DNA from: an uncultured Gemmatimonadales bacterium
Lineage (GTDB): Bacteria; Gemmatimonadota; Gemmatimonadetes; Longimicrobiales; RSA9
Length of the DNA: 64,000 nt
Assembly: GCA_963816355.1 (NCBI GenBank)
Contig: CAWFKH010000003.1
Span: forward strand, 1,472,001-1,536,000
Direction: 5' to 3'
Under the pieces are notes generated by a model that searched no databases, had not been told where the DNA came from, and was given only the letters and a program-made list of their open reading frames with translations. The position numbers were made by a program, and so were the translations under genes. Of the stretch, positions 48,721 through 59,373 are shown in pieces. Every line of letters starts with the position of its first letter. Within the stretch, counting starts at the first letter, position 1.

Positions 48721-50306
48721 CAGCGCGGCGGCTGGTCGAAGAGGACGAACGGGAGTGCCAGGTCGGAAACGGCCGCGCCCGGTCTCGCCCACGCCTCCGG
48801 ATACGCCGCGGCCACGTCCCCGGAGAGGAGCGCGGGGCCGCGGCACGCGATGTCCGCCGCGCGCGACGCGAGGAAGAGGCCGGCCGCCGCCGCGTCGCGG
48901 GCGTCGAGACCGGCGCCGAGCAGCGCGCCCACCGCGCCGCTCAGATGGTCCCCCATGCCGGCGGTGGCGAGATCGGAGGAGCCGACCGTGTTGAGCAGCA
49001 GGGGGCGGTCCCGCGCGGCGACGATCGACGGCTGTCCCTTCAGCAGCACGACCGCGCCGGTGGACGCGGCGAGCTCGCGCGCTGCGTCGAGGCGCGCGTC
49101 CACGATCTCGCCGGTCGAGCGGCCGAGCAGGCGCCCCATCTCGCCCGGGTGCGGCGTCAGGACGAGCGGGCGCGCGGCGGCGATCGCCTCGAGCTCGTCC
49201 AGCCGGCCGGCGAAGAGCGTCAACGCGTCGGCGTCGAGCAGCACGGCGCCGTCCGGACGTCCGGCGAGGGCGCCCTCGAGCGCCCGGCGCGCGGCGTCGT
49301 CGGTGCCAATGCCGGGTCCCGCGATCAGCGCGTCGGAGTCGGCGGCGGCGGCCGCGAGCGCGGCCGCGTCGTCGCGGTCGACGAAGATCGCATCGGGGAG
49401 GGTGCCCTGCAGGACGACGCGGTTGGCCGGGACCGACGCGACACGGGTGTAGCCGGCGCCGCCCCGAAGCGCGCCGCGGGCGCAGATCACGGCCGCACCC
49501 GCGACTCCCTCCCGCCCGACGAGCAGGAGGACCTTGCCGGCGGTGCCCTTGTGCGCGTCGGGAGGCCGCCGCGGCAGCCGCGCCTCCACCCACCGCGGCG
49601 TGATCAGCGCCGCACCCGGCTCTGCGTCGAAAGGTGGAAAGCCGATCTCGACCGCCACGATGCGGCCGCACCGCGCACGCGCCGGGTGCAGCAGCAGGCC
49701 GAGCTTCGGATGGCCGAACGTCACCGTCGCCGCCGCCCGAACGGCCGCGCCGGGGACACCGCCGGTCGTGGGATCGACGCCGGAGGGCAGGTCGAGCGCG
49801 ACCACCGGGGGGCCCGCCTCGTTCAGCCGCGAAATCCAGCCCGCCGCCGGCTCCCGCGCCGCGCCGTGCGCGCCGGTGCCGAGGATCCCGTCGACCAGCA
49901 CCGACGCCGCCGCGAGCGCGCCCGGAGCCGCCGCCGCCTCCAGTTCCGGCAGGTCGTGCCCGTGGAGCAGAGCCGCGTCCGGGCGCTTCGCCGACGCCGC
50001 CACCCACGCGACGTCGCGCCCCCACGTGCGCAGCGCGCGCACGGCCACCAGCGCGTCGCCGCCATTGTTGCCCGCCCCCACCGCCGCGACCACGCGGCCG
50101 CGCGGGTACAGCCTGTCGATCAACTGCGCCGCGGCCCGCCCCGCGCTTTCCATCAGCACGCCGTCGGGGACGCCGTGCGCGTCGCGCGCCCGACGATCGA
50201 GATCCGCCGCCTCGGCGGCCGTCAACGCATGAACGGGGTCGGTGCCGTACACCGCCCGATCGGCGGTGAACGGCAGCGACCCCGGGTCAGGCTGCGTCGC
50301 TCGCAT
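48717..50306 (-). CDS. nnr: Bifunctional NAD(P)HX epimerase/dehydratase (YjeF)
   Basis: LMESAG, GNNGGDA, DLPSG, HKG, TPHPGEM, LATAGMGD. Confidence 0.93.
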
Positions 50307-50380
50307 CGTCCCCTCTCACCGGGCGCGCCGGCCGGGTGGGCGGCGACCCACGCGGCGGCCGCGCCGGCCGCCGCGCCGCC

Positions 50381-50575
50381 TCATTTGTAGCTCTGACTGA
50401 TCGTACGGCCGAAGCTGATCTCGCCGTTGTCGATCCGGATGTTGAAGCCGCAATCCGGATTCGAGCAGACCCAGGCCTTGTACGTTATGGGCGCCCCATC
50501 GCGTCCGTAGTCGGAGAGCGGGAGCATCTGCCCCTGCTCGCACTTCCGGCAGGTCGGAAGCCGTTCGTCCTCCAT
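50381..50575 (-). CDS. Small Cys-rich (zinc-ribbon-like) protein, 64 aa
   Basis: CRKC...CSNPDC; SD GGAGGGGG. Confidence 0.75.
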   Translation of the reverse strand: MEDERLPTCRKCEQGQMLPLSDYGRDGAPITYKAWVCSNPDCGFNIRIDNGEISFGRTISQSYK

Positions 50576-50658
50576 ATTTCCCCCTCCCCTCGACATGGTC
50601 GCTCCGCACCGACGGCCACACCGGCCGAGCGCGGCCGCAGGGCCCTGCCCGCATCAGC

Positions 50659-50673
50659 GCAAGGCACGTTCCA
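50659..50673 (-). promoter_or_regulatory. Putative sigma54 promoter of the small Cys protein
   Basis: TGGAACG-TGCC-TTGC. Confidence 0.55.
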
Positions 50674-50702
50674 TTCCCGGCGTCGCCCGCCGGGACCCAC
50701 CC

Positions 50703-51080
50703 TCAGATGCCGCTCCCCCACGGGTAGTCGCGGTCGAACGCATCCGCGAAATCGTAGACTTCGCGGAAGTCGTGGGGCGAATCCGTCTCCTCCTTGATCA
50801 GGACGCCGCACTCGACGAGCGCGAACACGATCGCGCCGAAATCGCCGGTCGAGCAGATGCCCCAGTGCTCGAGGACGGTCCGTGCCATGGGTCCGAACTG
50901 GCGCAGCGCAAGGTCGCGCGCGCCCTCGGCCAGCTCGCGCCCGCTGATGTGGCGCGGCTCATCGAGGCGCTCGATCACGTCGTGCAGCGCGGCGAGCATG
51001 AAGACGTAGGCGTCGTCATGATAGCGCGGCTCGCGCCGCCGCAACTGCTCCAGAGTCGTCTCGTCGATGATGCCGTTCAT
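50703..51080 (-). CDS. Minf_1886-family protein
   Basis: RYHDDAYVF, RHISGREL, QFGPMARTVLEHWGI, DFGAIVFALV. Confidence 0.8.
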   Translation of the reverse strand: MNGIIDETTLEQLRRREPRYHDDAYVFMLAALHDVIERLDEPRHISGRELAEGARDLALRQFGPMARTVLEHWGICSTGDFGAIVFALVECGVLIKEETDSPHDFREVYDFADAFDRDYPWGSGI

Positions 51081-51105
51081 GCCGCTTCTTCCGGACCACT
51101 CGCGC

Positions 51106-52371
51106 TCAGCCGGCCGTCGTCCGCCGGATCTCGGCGTAAAGGGGGAACCCCTCGGCCAGAGCGCGGACGGCGTCACGCACGCGCCGCGCCACCGCATCCT
51201 CCTCCGGCGCCTCCAGCACGTCGGCGATCCAGCCGCCGATCGTCCGCATCTCCGTCTCCCGCATGCCGCGCGTGGTCAGCGCCGCCGTTCCGATGCGGAT
51301 GCCGGAAGTCACGAAGGGCGAGCGCGTCTCGCCGGGCACCGTGTTCTTGTTCACCGTGATCCCCGCGCGCTCGAGCGCCGCTTCCGCCGCCTTGCCGGTG
51401 AGGTCGGAGCCCACGAAGCTCACCAGCAGCAGGTGGTTGTCGGTGCCGCCGCTGACGAGCGTGAAGCCGCGCTCCGCCAGCGCGTCCGCGAGCGCGCGCG
51501 CGTTCGCGACCACCTGCTGCGCGTACCCCCGGAACGATGGGTCCAACGCCTCCTTGAACGCAACCGCCTTGGCGGCGATCACGTGCATCAGCGGCCCCCC
51601 CTGCATTCCCGGGAAGACCTGCTTGTCGATCGCCTTCGCGTGCGCCTCGCGGCACACGACGAATCCGCTGCGCGGCCCGCGCAGCGTCTTGTGCGTCGTC
51701 GAAGTGACGACGCCGGCGTGCGGCACCGGGCTCGGGTGCACGCCGGCGGCGACGAGACCGGCGATGTGCGCCATGTCCACGACGAGCGTCGCGTCCACTT
51801 CGGCGGCGATGCCGCCGAACGCCGCGAAGTCGAGGGTGCGCGGGTAGGCGCTCGCCCCGGCGACGATCACCTTCGGCCGCACCTCGCGCGCCTGCTCGCG
51901 CAGCCGGTCGTAGTCGATGCGGCCGTCGTCCTCGCGGACGCCGTAGGCGCTCACGTCGTAGAGGCGGCCACTGAAGTTGACGGGCGAGCCGTGGGTGAGA
52001 TGACCGCCGTGGCTGAGGTTCATGCCCAGCAGGCGGTCGCCCGGCTCCATCAGCGCGAAGTACGCGGCCATGTTCGCCTGCGCGCCGGAATGCGGCTGGA
52101 CGTTGGCGTGGTCGGCGCCGAAGAGGCGGAGGCAGCGCTCGATCGCCAGCCTCTCGGCGACGTCGACCTCTTCGCAGCCGCCGTAGTAGCGCCGGTCCGG
52201 GTATCCCTCGGCGTACTTGTTGGTGAGGACGGAGCCCATCGCCTCCATCACGGCGGGCGAGGTGAAGTTCTCGCTCGCGATCAGCTCGAGGGTGGCGTGC
52301 TGGCGCTCCGCCTCGCGATGCAGGACGTGGAGGATCTCCGGATCGGTCCGCCGCAGCGCCTCGTATTCCAT
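51106..52371 (-). CDS. glyA: Serine hydroxymethyltransferase
   Basis: [33 protein letters not shown]. Confidence 0.98.
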   Translation of the reverse strand: MEYEALRRTDPEILHVLHREAERQHATLELIASENFTSPAVMEAMGSVLTNKYAEGYPDRRYYGGCEEVDVAERLAIERCLRLFGADHANVQPHSGAQANMAAYFALMEPGDRLLGMNLSHGGHLTHGSPVNFSGRLYDVSAYGVREDDGRIDYDRLREQAREVRPKVIVAGASAYPRTLDFAAFGGIAAEVDATLVVDMAHIAGLVAAGVHPSPVPHAGVVTSTTHKTLRGPRSGFVVCREAHAKAIDKQVFPGMQGGPLMHVIAAKAVAFKEALDPSFRGYAQQVVANARALADALAERGFTLVSGGTDNHLLLVSFVGSDLTGKAAEAALERAGITVNKNTVPGETRSPFVTSGIRIGTAALTTRGMRETEMRTIGGWIADVLEAPEEDAVARRVRDAVRALAEGFPLYAEIRRTTAG

Positions 52372-52376
52372 CCGCG

Positions 52377-53432
52377 TCACACCCAGGTGCGCTTGATCTT
52401 GCCGACCTGCTCGATCCGCCGCTCCGCCAAGCGGTCCGCCGCCAGGTACGTGGGCAGGTTCTGCTCCTTCGCGAGCTCGAAGAGCTGATCGAGCGTGCCG
52501 TAGATCTCGCCCGCCTTGCTGTGCGAGCGCTCCGGCCCCCAGCCGTTCAGCTCGCCGTACACGTTGATCAGGCCACCCGCGTTGATCACGTAGTCGGGCG
52601 CGTAGAGGATCCCCCGCTCGTGCAACGCGTCGCCGTGGCGCGGCTCCGCGAGCTGGTTGTTCGCCGCACCCGCGATCACCTGGAAGTGGAACTGGGGCAG
52701 CGTCTCGTCGTTGACAACCGCGCCCAGAGCGCACGGCGCGAAGATCTTCGCGTCGACGCCGTAGATCGCGTCGGGCGCCACGCCTTCCGCGCCGAATTCG
52801 CTCACGATTCGGCGCACGCGCTCGGCGTCGATGTCGGTGACGACGAGCTCGGCGCCATCCTCGTGCAGATATCGGCAGACGTAGTAGCCGACGTGGCCGA
52901 CGCCCTGGACGGCGACGCGGACGCCGCTCAGGTCGTCACTGCCGAGCGCTTCCTTCGCGCTCGCCTTGAGGCCGCGGAAGACGCCGAACGCCGTCACGGG
53001 CGAGGGGTCGCCGGAGCGGCCGGCGATGCCGGTCACGTGCTCCGTCTCCATGTGCACGAACTCCATGTCCTCCACGCTCGTGCCCACGTCCTCGGCGGTG
53101 ATGTAGCGGCCGCCGAGCGACTCGACGAAGCGGCCGTGGGCGCGGAAGAGCAGCTCCCGCCGACGCAACCGGTTGTCGCCGAGGATGACCGACTTGCCGC
53201 CGCCCAGGTTGAGGCCCGCCACCGCGGCCTTGTACGTCATCCCTCGGGCGAGGCGCAGCGCGTCGATGATCGCTTCCTCGTCGGTGCGATAGTTCCAGAA
53301 TCGCGTGCCGCCGAGCGCCGGCCCCAACGTCGTGTCGTGGATCGCGATGATCCCGCGATAGCCGGCGGCCGGCTCCGAACTGAAGACGATCTGTTCGTGC
53401 CCGTGCTGCGCCATCGTCTCGAAGATGTCCAT
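52377..53432 (-). CDS. ldh: Leu/Val/Phe amino-acid dehydrogenase
   Basis: [40 protein letters not shown]. Confidence 0.93.
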   Translation of the reverse strand: MDIFETMAQHGHEQIVFSSEPAAGYRGIIAIHDTTLGPALGGTRFWNYRTDEEAIIDALRLARGMTYKAAVAGLNLGGGKSVILGDNRLRRRELLFRAHGRFVESLGGRYITAEDVGTSVEDMEFVHMETEHVTGIAGRSGDPSPVTAFGVFRGLKASAKEALGSDDLSGVRVAVQGVGHVGYYVCRYLHEDGAELVVTDIDAERVRRIVSEFGAEGVAPDAIYGVDAKIFAPCALGAVVNDETLPQFHFQVIAGAANNQLAEPRHGDALHERGILYAPDYVINAGGLINVYGELNGWGPERSHSKAGEIYGTLDQLFELAKEQNLPTYLAADRLAERRIEQVGKIKRTWV

Positions 53433-53507
53433 TGCGTCTCCTTGCAGTGCTCCGGCGGGCCCGCGCTCGCCGGCGATCGGCGGAAGGGATCGTCTATCGG
53501 GTCGCTC

Positions 53508-54629
53508 TCAACGGTACAGCTCACGCGCGATGACCACGCGCTGGATCTCGTTCGTGCCCTCGTAGATCTCGGTCGCCTTGGCGTCCCGCATCAGCTTCTC
53601 GACCGGGTAGTCCCGCATGTAGCCGTAGCCGCCGAACACCTGCACGGCCTGCGTCGTGACGGCCATCGCCGTCTCGCTCGCGACCAACTTCGCCATCGCG
53701 GCGAGCCGCGTGGAAGGCGACGCCGCCGCCGCCGCGACGAGCGCGCGCGCCGCCTCCAGCGACGACGCCATCTCCGCGAGCTTGAACTGCATCCCTTCGA
53801 AGTCGCGGATCGGACGGCCGAACTGCCGCCGCTCCGCCGCGTAGGCGAGCGCGTGCTCGAGCGCCGCGCGGCCGATCCCGACCGCCTGCGCCGCGACGCC
53901 CAGCCGGCCGAGGTCGAGACCCTCCATCGCGTATGGGAAGCCGCGCTCCGGCTCCCCCAGCAGCGCGTCCTCGCCGAGCTCGACGCCGTCGAGCCGGAGC
54001 GTGACCACGCTGGCCGGCCGCAGCCCCATCGTCGTCTCGCGCCCGGCGACCGTGAGCCCCGCGGCGTCGCTCGGCACGAGGAAGGCGCCGATGCCGGCGG
54101 AGCCCTCCGCCTCCGACGTGCGCGCGAGCACGACGGCGAGGGCGGCGACATCGCCGTTCGTCACCCACTTCTTCTCGCCATCGAGCACCCAGCCGCCCTG
54201 CGTGCGCCGCGCGCGGGCCGCGATCGAGGCGGCATCCGAGCCGGCGGCCGCCTCCGAGAGGGCGAAGCAGGCGATCGCCTCGCCGCTCGCGAGCGGCGGC
54301 AGCCAGCGCTCGCGCTGCGCGTCGTCGCCGTGCCGCAGCAGCAGCGAGGCCGCGCAGACGCTGTGTATGGAGAGCGTGAGCGCGACGCTCGGCTCGCCCC
54401 AGGCGAGCTCCTCGAGCACCGCGACGTACGTGGGCAGGTCGAAACCGAGACCGCCGTGCTCCTCCGGCACCAGCATGCCGAAGAAGCCGAGCTCGCCGAG
54501 CTGCGCGAGCACGCCGCGGTCGATGGCGCGGGCGGCGTCCCACGCCTCCACGTGTGGCCGCAGCTCCGAGCGCGCGAAGTCACGCGCCAGCTCGCGGACC
54601 TGCTGTCGTTCGTCCAGCGTGGTCGTCAC
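53508..54629 (-). CDS. Acyl-CoA dehydrogenase (butyryl-CoA/short-chain type)
   Basis: FALSEAAAGSD, RRQFG, QVFGGYGY, IYEGTNEIQ. Confidence 0.95.
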   Translation of the reverse strand: MTTTLDERQQVRELARDFARSELRPHVEAWDAARAIDRGVLAQLGELGFFGMLVPEEHGGLGFDLPTYVAVLEELAWGEPSVALTLSIHSVCAASLLLRHGDDAQRERWLPPLASGEAIACFALSEAAAGSDAASIAARARRTQGGWVLDGEKKWVTNGDVAALAVVLARTSEAEGSAGIGAFLVPSDAAGLTVAGRETTMGLRPASVVTLRLDGVELGEDALLGEPERGFPYAMEGLDLGRLGVAAQAVGIGRAALEHALAYAAERRQFGRPIRDFEGMQFKLAEMASSLEAARALVAAAAASPSTRLAAMAKLVASETAMAVTTQAVQVFGGYGYMRDYPVEKLMRDAKATEIYEGTNEIQRVVIARELYR

Positions 54630-54657
54630 ACCCTCTCCCTTCGCGGCGTCGTCGGCG

Positions 54658-55509
54658 TCATGCGTAGTCGAAGAAGCCGCGCCGCGTCTTGCGGCCCAGC
54701 CAGCCGGCGGCGACGTATTTTCGCAACAGCGGGCACGGGCGGTACTTGTCGTCGCCGAGGTCGCGCTGCAGCACTTCGAGGATCGACAGACAGGTGTCGA
54801 GCCCGATGAGGTCGGCGAGCGCGAGCGGCCCCATCGGATGATTCATCCCGAGCTTCATCACGGTGTCGATCGCAGCCGCCTCCGCGACCCCCTCCATGAG
54901 GCAGTAGACCGCCTCGTTGATCATCGGCATGAGCACGCGGTTGGACACGAAGCCGGGATAATCGTTCACCTCGACCGGCGTCTTGCCGAGCGCGCGCGTC
55001 GCCTCCATCACGGCGGCGGTCGTGGCGTCCGACGTGCGCAGGCCCCGGATCACCTCCACGAGCTGCATGACGGGGACCGGATTCATGAAGTGCAGCCCGA
55101 TCACCCGCTCCGGCCGCTCGACGCTCGCCGCGATCTCCGTGATCGAGATCGAGGACGTGTTCGACGCCAGCACCGCATCCGGCGCGGCCGCGTCCAGCTC
55201 GCGGAAGATCGACGCCTTCAGCGCCGCCCGCTCCGGCACCGCCTCGATCACGAGCTCGGCGCCGCGCGCCGCATCGAGCGATGTCGCCGTCCGCAAGCGG
55301 TCGAGCGTCGCTTGCCGCGTCGCCGCGTCGATCGCGCCCTTCCTCACCTGCCGCTCGAGGTTGGCGCCGATCGTCGCGAGCGCCGCTTCCAGGCGCGCCG
55401 CGTCTACGTCGACCAGCGTCACCGCGTGGCCGTGCTGCGCGAACACGTGGGCGATGCCGTTGCCCATCGTGCCCGCCCCCACCACGACCACCTGTCCGCC
55501 GTCGCTCAC
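54658..55509 (-). CDS. hbd: 3-hydroxybutyryl-CoA dehydrogenase
   Basis: [31 protein letters not shown]. Confidence 0.95.
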   Translation of the reverse strand: MSDGGQVVVVGAGTMGNGIAHVFAQHGHAVTLVDVDAARLEAALATIGANLERQVRKGAIDAATRQATLDRLRTATSLDAARGAELVIEAVPERAALKASIFRELDAAAPDAVLASNTSSISITEIAASVERPERVIGLHFMNPVPVMQLVEVIRGLRTSDATTAAVMEATRALGKTPVEVNDYPGFVSNRVLMPMINEAVYCLMEGVAEAAAIDTVMKLGMNHPMGPLALADLIGLDTCLSILEVLQRDLGDDKYRPCPLLRKYVAAGWLGRKTRRGFFDYA

Positions 55510-56441
55510 CCGCGCTCCACCTCCGTTCGAGTCACGTCTTCCCCGGCGTTCCGCCGCGGCGCGCGCCACGCCGGCACCGGCTCCGCCGTCCGCCGCACCC
55601 GCAGCAGGAGCGCGAGGCCGACGAGAAATGCGACCGTCCCCATCGCGCCGCCCTCGGGCCCGAACGTGCCGCCCGTCACCCACGCCGGCCCCCGTTCCAC
55701 GGGGCCGTAGAGCGGCGTATGCAGGAACGTCAACCCGCTCACCGGCAGCTCCGCCACGCTCGCCATCGCCCAGTTCCAGCCGACGTGCACGCCGCTGGCG
55801 AACCAGAGGCTGCCCGTCCGCAGGTACGCGATCGAGAGCAGCACGCCGGCGAGGAAGATGTTCGCCAGCCCGATCGCGCCCACGTTCGGGTTCCACACGT
55901 GCGCCACGGCGAAGGCAGCGCTCGACAGCGCCGTCGCGGCCACGGGGCCGATTCCCACGACCAGTGCCTGAAAGACGTAGCCGCGGAAGAGCGCCTCCTC
56001 CGCCGCCGCCGGCAGGGCGAGCAGCTCGAGCCCGCGGGCCCACGCCGCGAGGACGCCCCCGAGCGTTCCCGCTTCGGCACGATAGCCGATCCAGCCGGCG
56101 AGCAGGAGCGGCACCAGCACCACGGCCAGCATCGTCACGCCGAGCAGCGCGCCGCGGCCGGCGTCCCTCCCGACGCGGGGGCCGACGGCGAACCCGAGGC
56201 GAGCCGGCGGCGCACCCTCGACGAGCCACAGCATCAGCCAGCCGGCGCCGAGCGCCCCGAGGAGCGTGATCGCGCCGTCGGCCGCCAGCCCCGCCGCGCC
56301 GGCGGGCCACGACCCGAACGCCGAGGCGAGCATCGCCGCGACGGCCGTGAAGACGACGAAGACGCCCGCGAAGACGAGCACGCGGCCGATGGCCGAGAAG
56401 AAACCCCCGGGGCTCAGCGCCGCGCGGGGGTTCCGTCGCAC
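55506..56441 (-). CDS. CPBP (CAAX protease/Abi) intramembrane glutamic endopeptidase
   Basis: EEALFRG, FAVAH, HVGWN, FGPEG. Confidence 0.9.
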   Translation of the reverse strand: MRRNPRAALSPGGFFSAIGRVLVFAGVFVVFTAVAAMLASAFGSWPAGAAGLAADGAITLLGALGAGWLMLWLVEGAPPARLGFAVGPRVGRDAGRGALLGVTMLAVVLVPLLLAGWIGYRAEAGTLGGVLAAWARGLELLALPAAAEEALFRGYVFQALVVGIGPVAATALSSAAFAVAHVWNPNVGAIGLANIFLAGVLLSIAYLRTGSLWFASGVHVGWNWAMASVAELPVSGLTFLHTPLYGPVERGPAWVTGGTFGPEGGAMGTVAFLVGLALLLRVRRTAEPVPAWRAPRRNAGEDVTRTEVERG

Positions 56442-56442
56442 C

Positions 56443-57654
56443 TCAGATGCGCTCCACCGAAAGCGCCACGGCGTCGCCGCCGCCGAGGCAGAGCGTCGCG
56501 AGACCGGTCTTCGCGTCGCGGTCCCGCATGGCGTGCAGCAGCGTGACCAGGATGCGCGCGCCCGACGCGCCGATCGGATGCCCGAGGGCGACCGCGCCGC
56601 CGCGGACGTTGACCCGCTCCCAGTCCCAGCCCAGCTCCTTGCCGTCGGCGAGCGCCTGCACGGCGAACGCCTCGTTCGCCTCGATCAGGTCGTAGTCGCC
56701 GATCGTCCTTCCCTCCTTCTCCATCACCCGTCGCACGGCGCGGACGGGGGCGAAGAAGAGCTCCTGCGGCGCCACCGCGCCGTTCGCGTAGGCGTTGATG
56801 CGCGCGAGGATGGTGAGGCCGTTCGCGTCGGCGTACGCCTGGCTCGTGACCACGAGCGCGGCCGCGCCGTCGTTCAGGCCGGGCGCGTTGCCGGCAGTCA
56901 CCACCGGGTCGCTCACCTCGGGCGGCGCGTCCTTGCGGAAGGCGGGCGGCAGCTTGGCGAGCGCCTCGATCGTGGTCTCGCGGCGAGGCGGCTCGTCCGT
57001 GTCCACGACGGTGGTTCCCTTCCGCGAGGCGATCTCGACCGGCGCGATCTCGGCCGTGAACTCCCCTTCGTCGATCGCCCGGATCGCCTTGCGATGGGAA
57101 TCCAGCGCGAAGGCATCCGCCTCCTCGCGGCTGATCCCCGCCTTGTTCGCCGTGTACTCGGCGTGTCCACCCATGTGACATTGGCCGAAAGCGCACCAGA
57201 GGCCGTCGAGCAGGAGACCGTCGAGCATCTCCTGGTCGCCGAACTTCACGCCCTGCCGCAGACCCCGCACGTAGTAGGGCGCGTTGGACATCGACTCCAT
57301 CCCGCCGGCCACGAGCACCTCTGCATCACCGGCGCGGATGGCCTGCGCCGCCAGCATCACCGCCATGAGACCGGACCCGCAGACGCGGCTCACCGCCATG
57401 GCGCCGACCGTGTCCGGCACGCCGCCCGCCAGCGCGGCCTGCCGCGCCGGCGCCTGACCCAGACCGGCCGAAACGACGTTGCCCAGGATGACGTCGTCGA
57501 TGTCGCTTCGCTCGACACCGGCGCGCTCGAGCGCCGCGCGGATCGCGACTGCTCCGAGCTCGGGCGCGCGCAGCGGTGCGAGGCCGCCGAGGAAACGCCC
57601 GATCGGGGTCCGCGCGGCGCTCACGATGACGGCCGTACGCCGCGGATCAGACAT
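56443..57654 (-). CDS. Acetyl-CoA C-acetyltransferase (thiolase)
   Basis: VCGSG, NEAF, GHPIGASG, CLGGG. Confidence 0.95.
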   Translation of the reverse strand: MSDPRRTAVIVSAARTPIGRFLGGLAPLRAPELGAVAIRAALERAGVERSDIDDVILGNVVSAGLGQAPARQAALAGGVPDTVGAMAVSRVCGSGLMAVMLAAQAIRAGDAEVLVAGGMESMSNAPYYVRGLRQGVKFGDQEMLDGLLLDGLWCAFGQCHMGGHAEYTANKAGISREEADAFALDSHRKAIRAIDEGEFTAEIAPVEIASRKGTTVVDTDEPPRRETTIEALAKLPPAFRKDAPPEVSDPVVTAGNAPGLNDGAAALVVTSQAYADANGLTILARINAYANGAVAPQELFFAPVRAVRRVMEKEGRTIGDYDLIEANEAFAVQALADGKELGWDWERVNVRGGAVALGHPIGASGARILVTLLHAMRDRDAKTGLATLCLGGGDAVALSVERI

Positions 57655-57728
57655 GATTCAGACTCCTTGTTTCGGTTCTACTCGCACCGCGAAGCCGCGC
57701 CGTTCAGGGCGGTCCTCCGCGGGCCGTT

Positions 57729-57734
57729 ATTATA
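57729..57734 (-). promoter_or_regulatory. -10 box for the thiolase operon
   Basis: Consensus TATAAT 75 nt upstream of the thiolase ATG. Confidence 0.5.
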
Positions 57735-57772
57735 CCCGCCGCGAAGTGGAGCGGCCAGTCTCGCCGCCCCTC

Positions 57773-58660
57773 CTACGGCTCCACCAGGACCGGCCGTTCC
57801 TCGCCCGCGGCGAGCCGGCCCCACGCGCGTTCCGGATCGTGCTCGAAGACCAGCAGCCATCCCTCCTTCCGCGCCCGCGCGAGCAGCGCGCGCTTCGTCT
57901 CCAGCGTGACGAGCGGCTCGACGTCGTAGCCCATGATCCACGGCAGCGGCAGGTGCGCGGCGGTGGGCACGAGGTCCGCGAGGAAGCACGCCGTCTCCCC
58001 CGCCGATTCGACGATCACCGACTGGTGATGCGGCGTGTGTCCGGGGGTGCGCACGACGCGCACGCCCGGCACGATCGGACCATCGCCATCGAGCAGGTCG
58101 AAAAGGCCCGCCTCCCGGACCGGATCGAAGTTCGCGCCGAGGTAACTCGCACGAATGCGCTCGTTGTCCCGGTGGGCGAACGCCCACTCGCCCCGCTGCA
58201 CGTAGTGGCGCGCGCGCGGGAACGCCGGCCGAATCGAACCCCCCTCCCCGTCCACGGCGACGGTGTCGCCGCCCGCGTGGTCGAAGTGCAGGTGCGTGTT
58301 GACGACGACGTCGACATCGCCGGGAACGAAGCCGGCGGCGCGGATCGCGTCCTCGAGCCGCGTCGGCGCACCGGCGTTCTCGATGCCGTAGATCTCGCGG
58401 AAGCGCGCCGGGTCCTTGTTGCCCGCGCCGGTGTCGACCAGCACGAGCGCGTCCGCCGTCTCGATCAGGAGGCAGCGCAACGCAAGCGGAATGCGGTTGC
58501 GATCGTCGGCGGGAATGCGCCGTTCCCAGAGCGGCTTCGGCACGACGCCGAACATGGCGCCGCCGTCCAGGCGCTGCAGCCCTGCTTCGAGGGCGTGAAT
58601 GCGGACGTCGCCGACCGCGCGGGAGCGGTGCAGCGGAAGATCGTCGACCGTGGTCGTCAT
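57773..58660 (-). CDS. MBL-fold hydrolase (YtnP-like)
   Basis: LDGGAMFGVVP, THLHFDHAGG, GHT, ADL, WIMGYD, FEHDP. Confidence 0.92.
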   Translation of the reverse strand: MTTTVDDLPLHRSRAVGDVRIHALEAGLQRLDGGAMFGVVPKPLWERRIPADDRNRIPLALRCLLIETADALVLVDTGAGNKDPARFREIYGIENAGAPTRLEDAIRAAGFVPGDVDVVVNTHLHFDHAGGDTVAVDGEGGSIRPAFPRARHYVQRGEWAFAHRDNERIRASYLGANFDPVREAGLFDLLDGDGPIVPGVRVVRTPGHTPHHQSVIVESAGETACFLADLVPTAAHLPLPWIMGYDVEPLVTLETKRALLARARKEGWLLVFEHDPERAWGRLAAGEERPVLVEP

Positions 58661-59373
58661 CAGATCGAATCGATCCAGGTGGGCATCGCGGTGCGGCGCC
58701 GCCGGGGCGCGGGACGCGTGAGCAGCGTCTCCAGCCCCTGCCAGGAGTAGACCGCCTGCTCCTCCGCCGAGCGCAGGAGCCGGGAGAGAATCGCCACCGT
58801 AGCGGCGGCGTCGCCGTAGGCGCGGTGGCGGCCCTCGATCTCGATGCCGTAGTGGAAGGAGAGTGAATCGAGGGAGCGGCGCCGCAGCTCCGGCACCAGC
58901 TTGCGCGCCAGACGCAGCGTGCAGAGCGTCCGCGTCGCGACCGCGGGCCGCCCGGTCGCCCACTCCAGTTCGCGCGTCACGAAGGTCCAGTCGAAGCGCG
59001 CGTTGTGCGCCACGAAGACGCGGCCTTCCAGGATGCGGCGCACGTCCCCGGCGATCTCCGAGAAGCGCGGCGCGTCCGCGACCATCGCGTGCGTGATGTT
59101 CGTGAGCCGCGTGACGAACGGCGGGATCGGCCGCTCCGGGTTGACGAGCGTGCGCAGCTCCTCGCGCACGCGGCCATCGGCGCCGGTCACGAGCGCGGCG
59201 ATCTCCGTCACCCGATGGCCCTGTCGAGGTGCGCCCCCGGTCGTCTCCACGTCCACCACCACGTACTCGAGCGCATCGAGCGGCGGGTCCGCACCGGCAC
59301 CGACGTCGCCCAGCGGCAGCTCGATCTGCAGCGGCGCGCGGCCGGCCGATCGCCCCCTCGGCGCCGCGCTCAC
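58660..59373 (-). CDS. DnaQ-like DEDDh 3'-5' exonuclease
   Basis: VDVETTG, AHNARFD, HRAYGDA. Confidence 0.92.
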   Translation of the reverse strand: MSAAPRGRSAGRAPLQIELPLGDVGAGADPPLDALEYVVVDVETTGGAPRQGHRVTEIAALVTGADGRVREELRTLVNPERPIPPFVTRLTNITHAMVADAPRFSEIAGDVRRILEGRVFVAHNARFDWTFVTRELEWATGRPAVATRTLCTLRLARKLVPELRRRSLDSLSFHYGIEIEGRHRAYGDAAATVAILSRLLRSAEEQAVYSWQGLETLLTRPAPRRRRTAMPTWIDSI

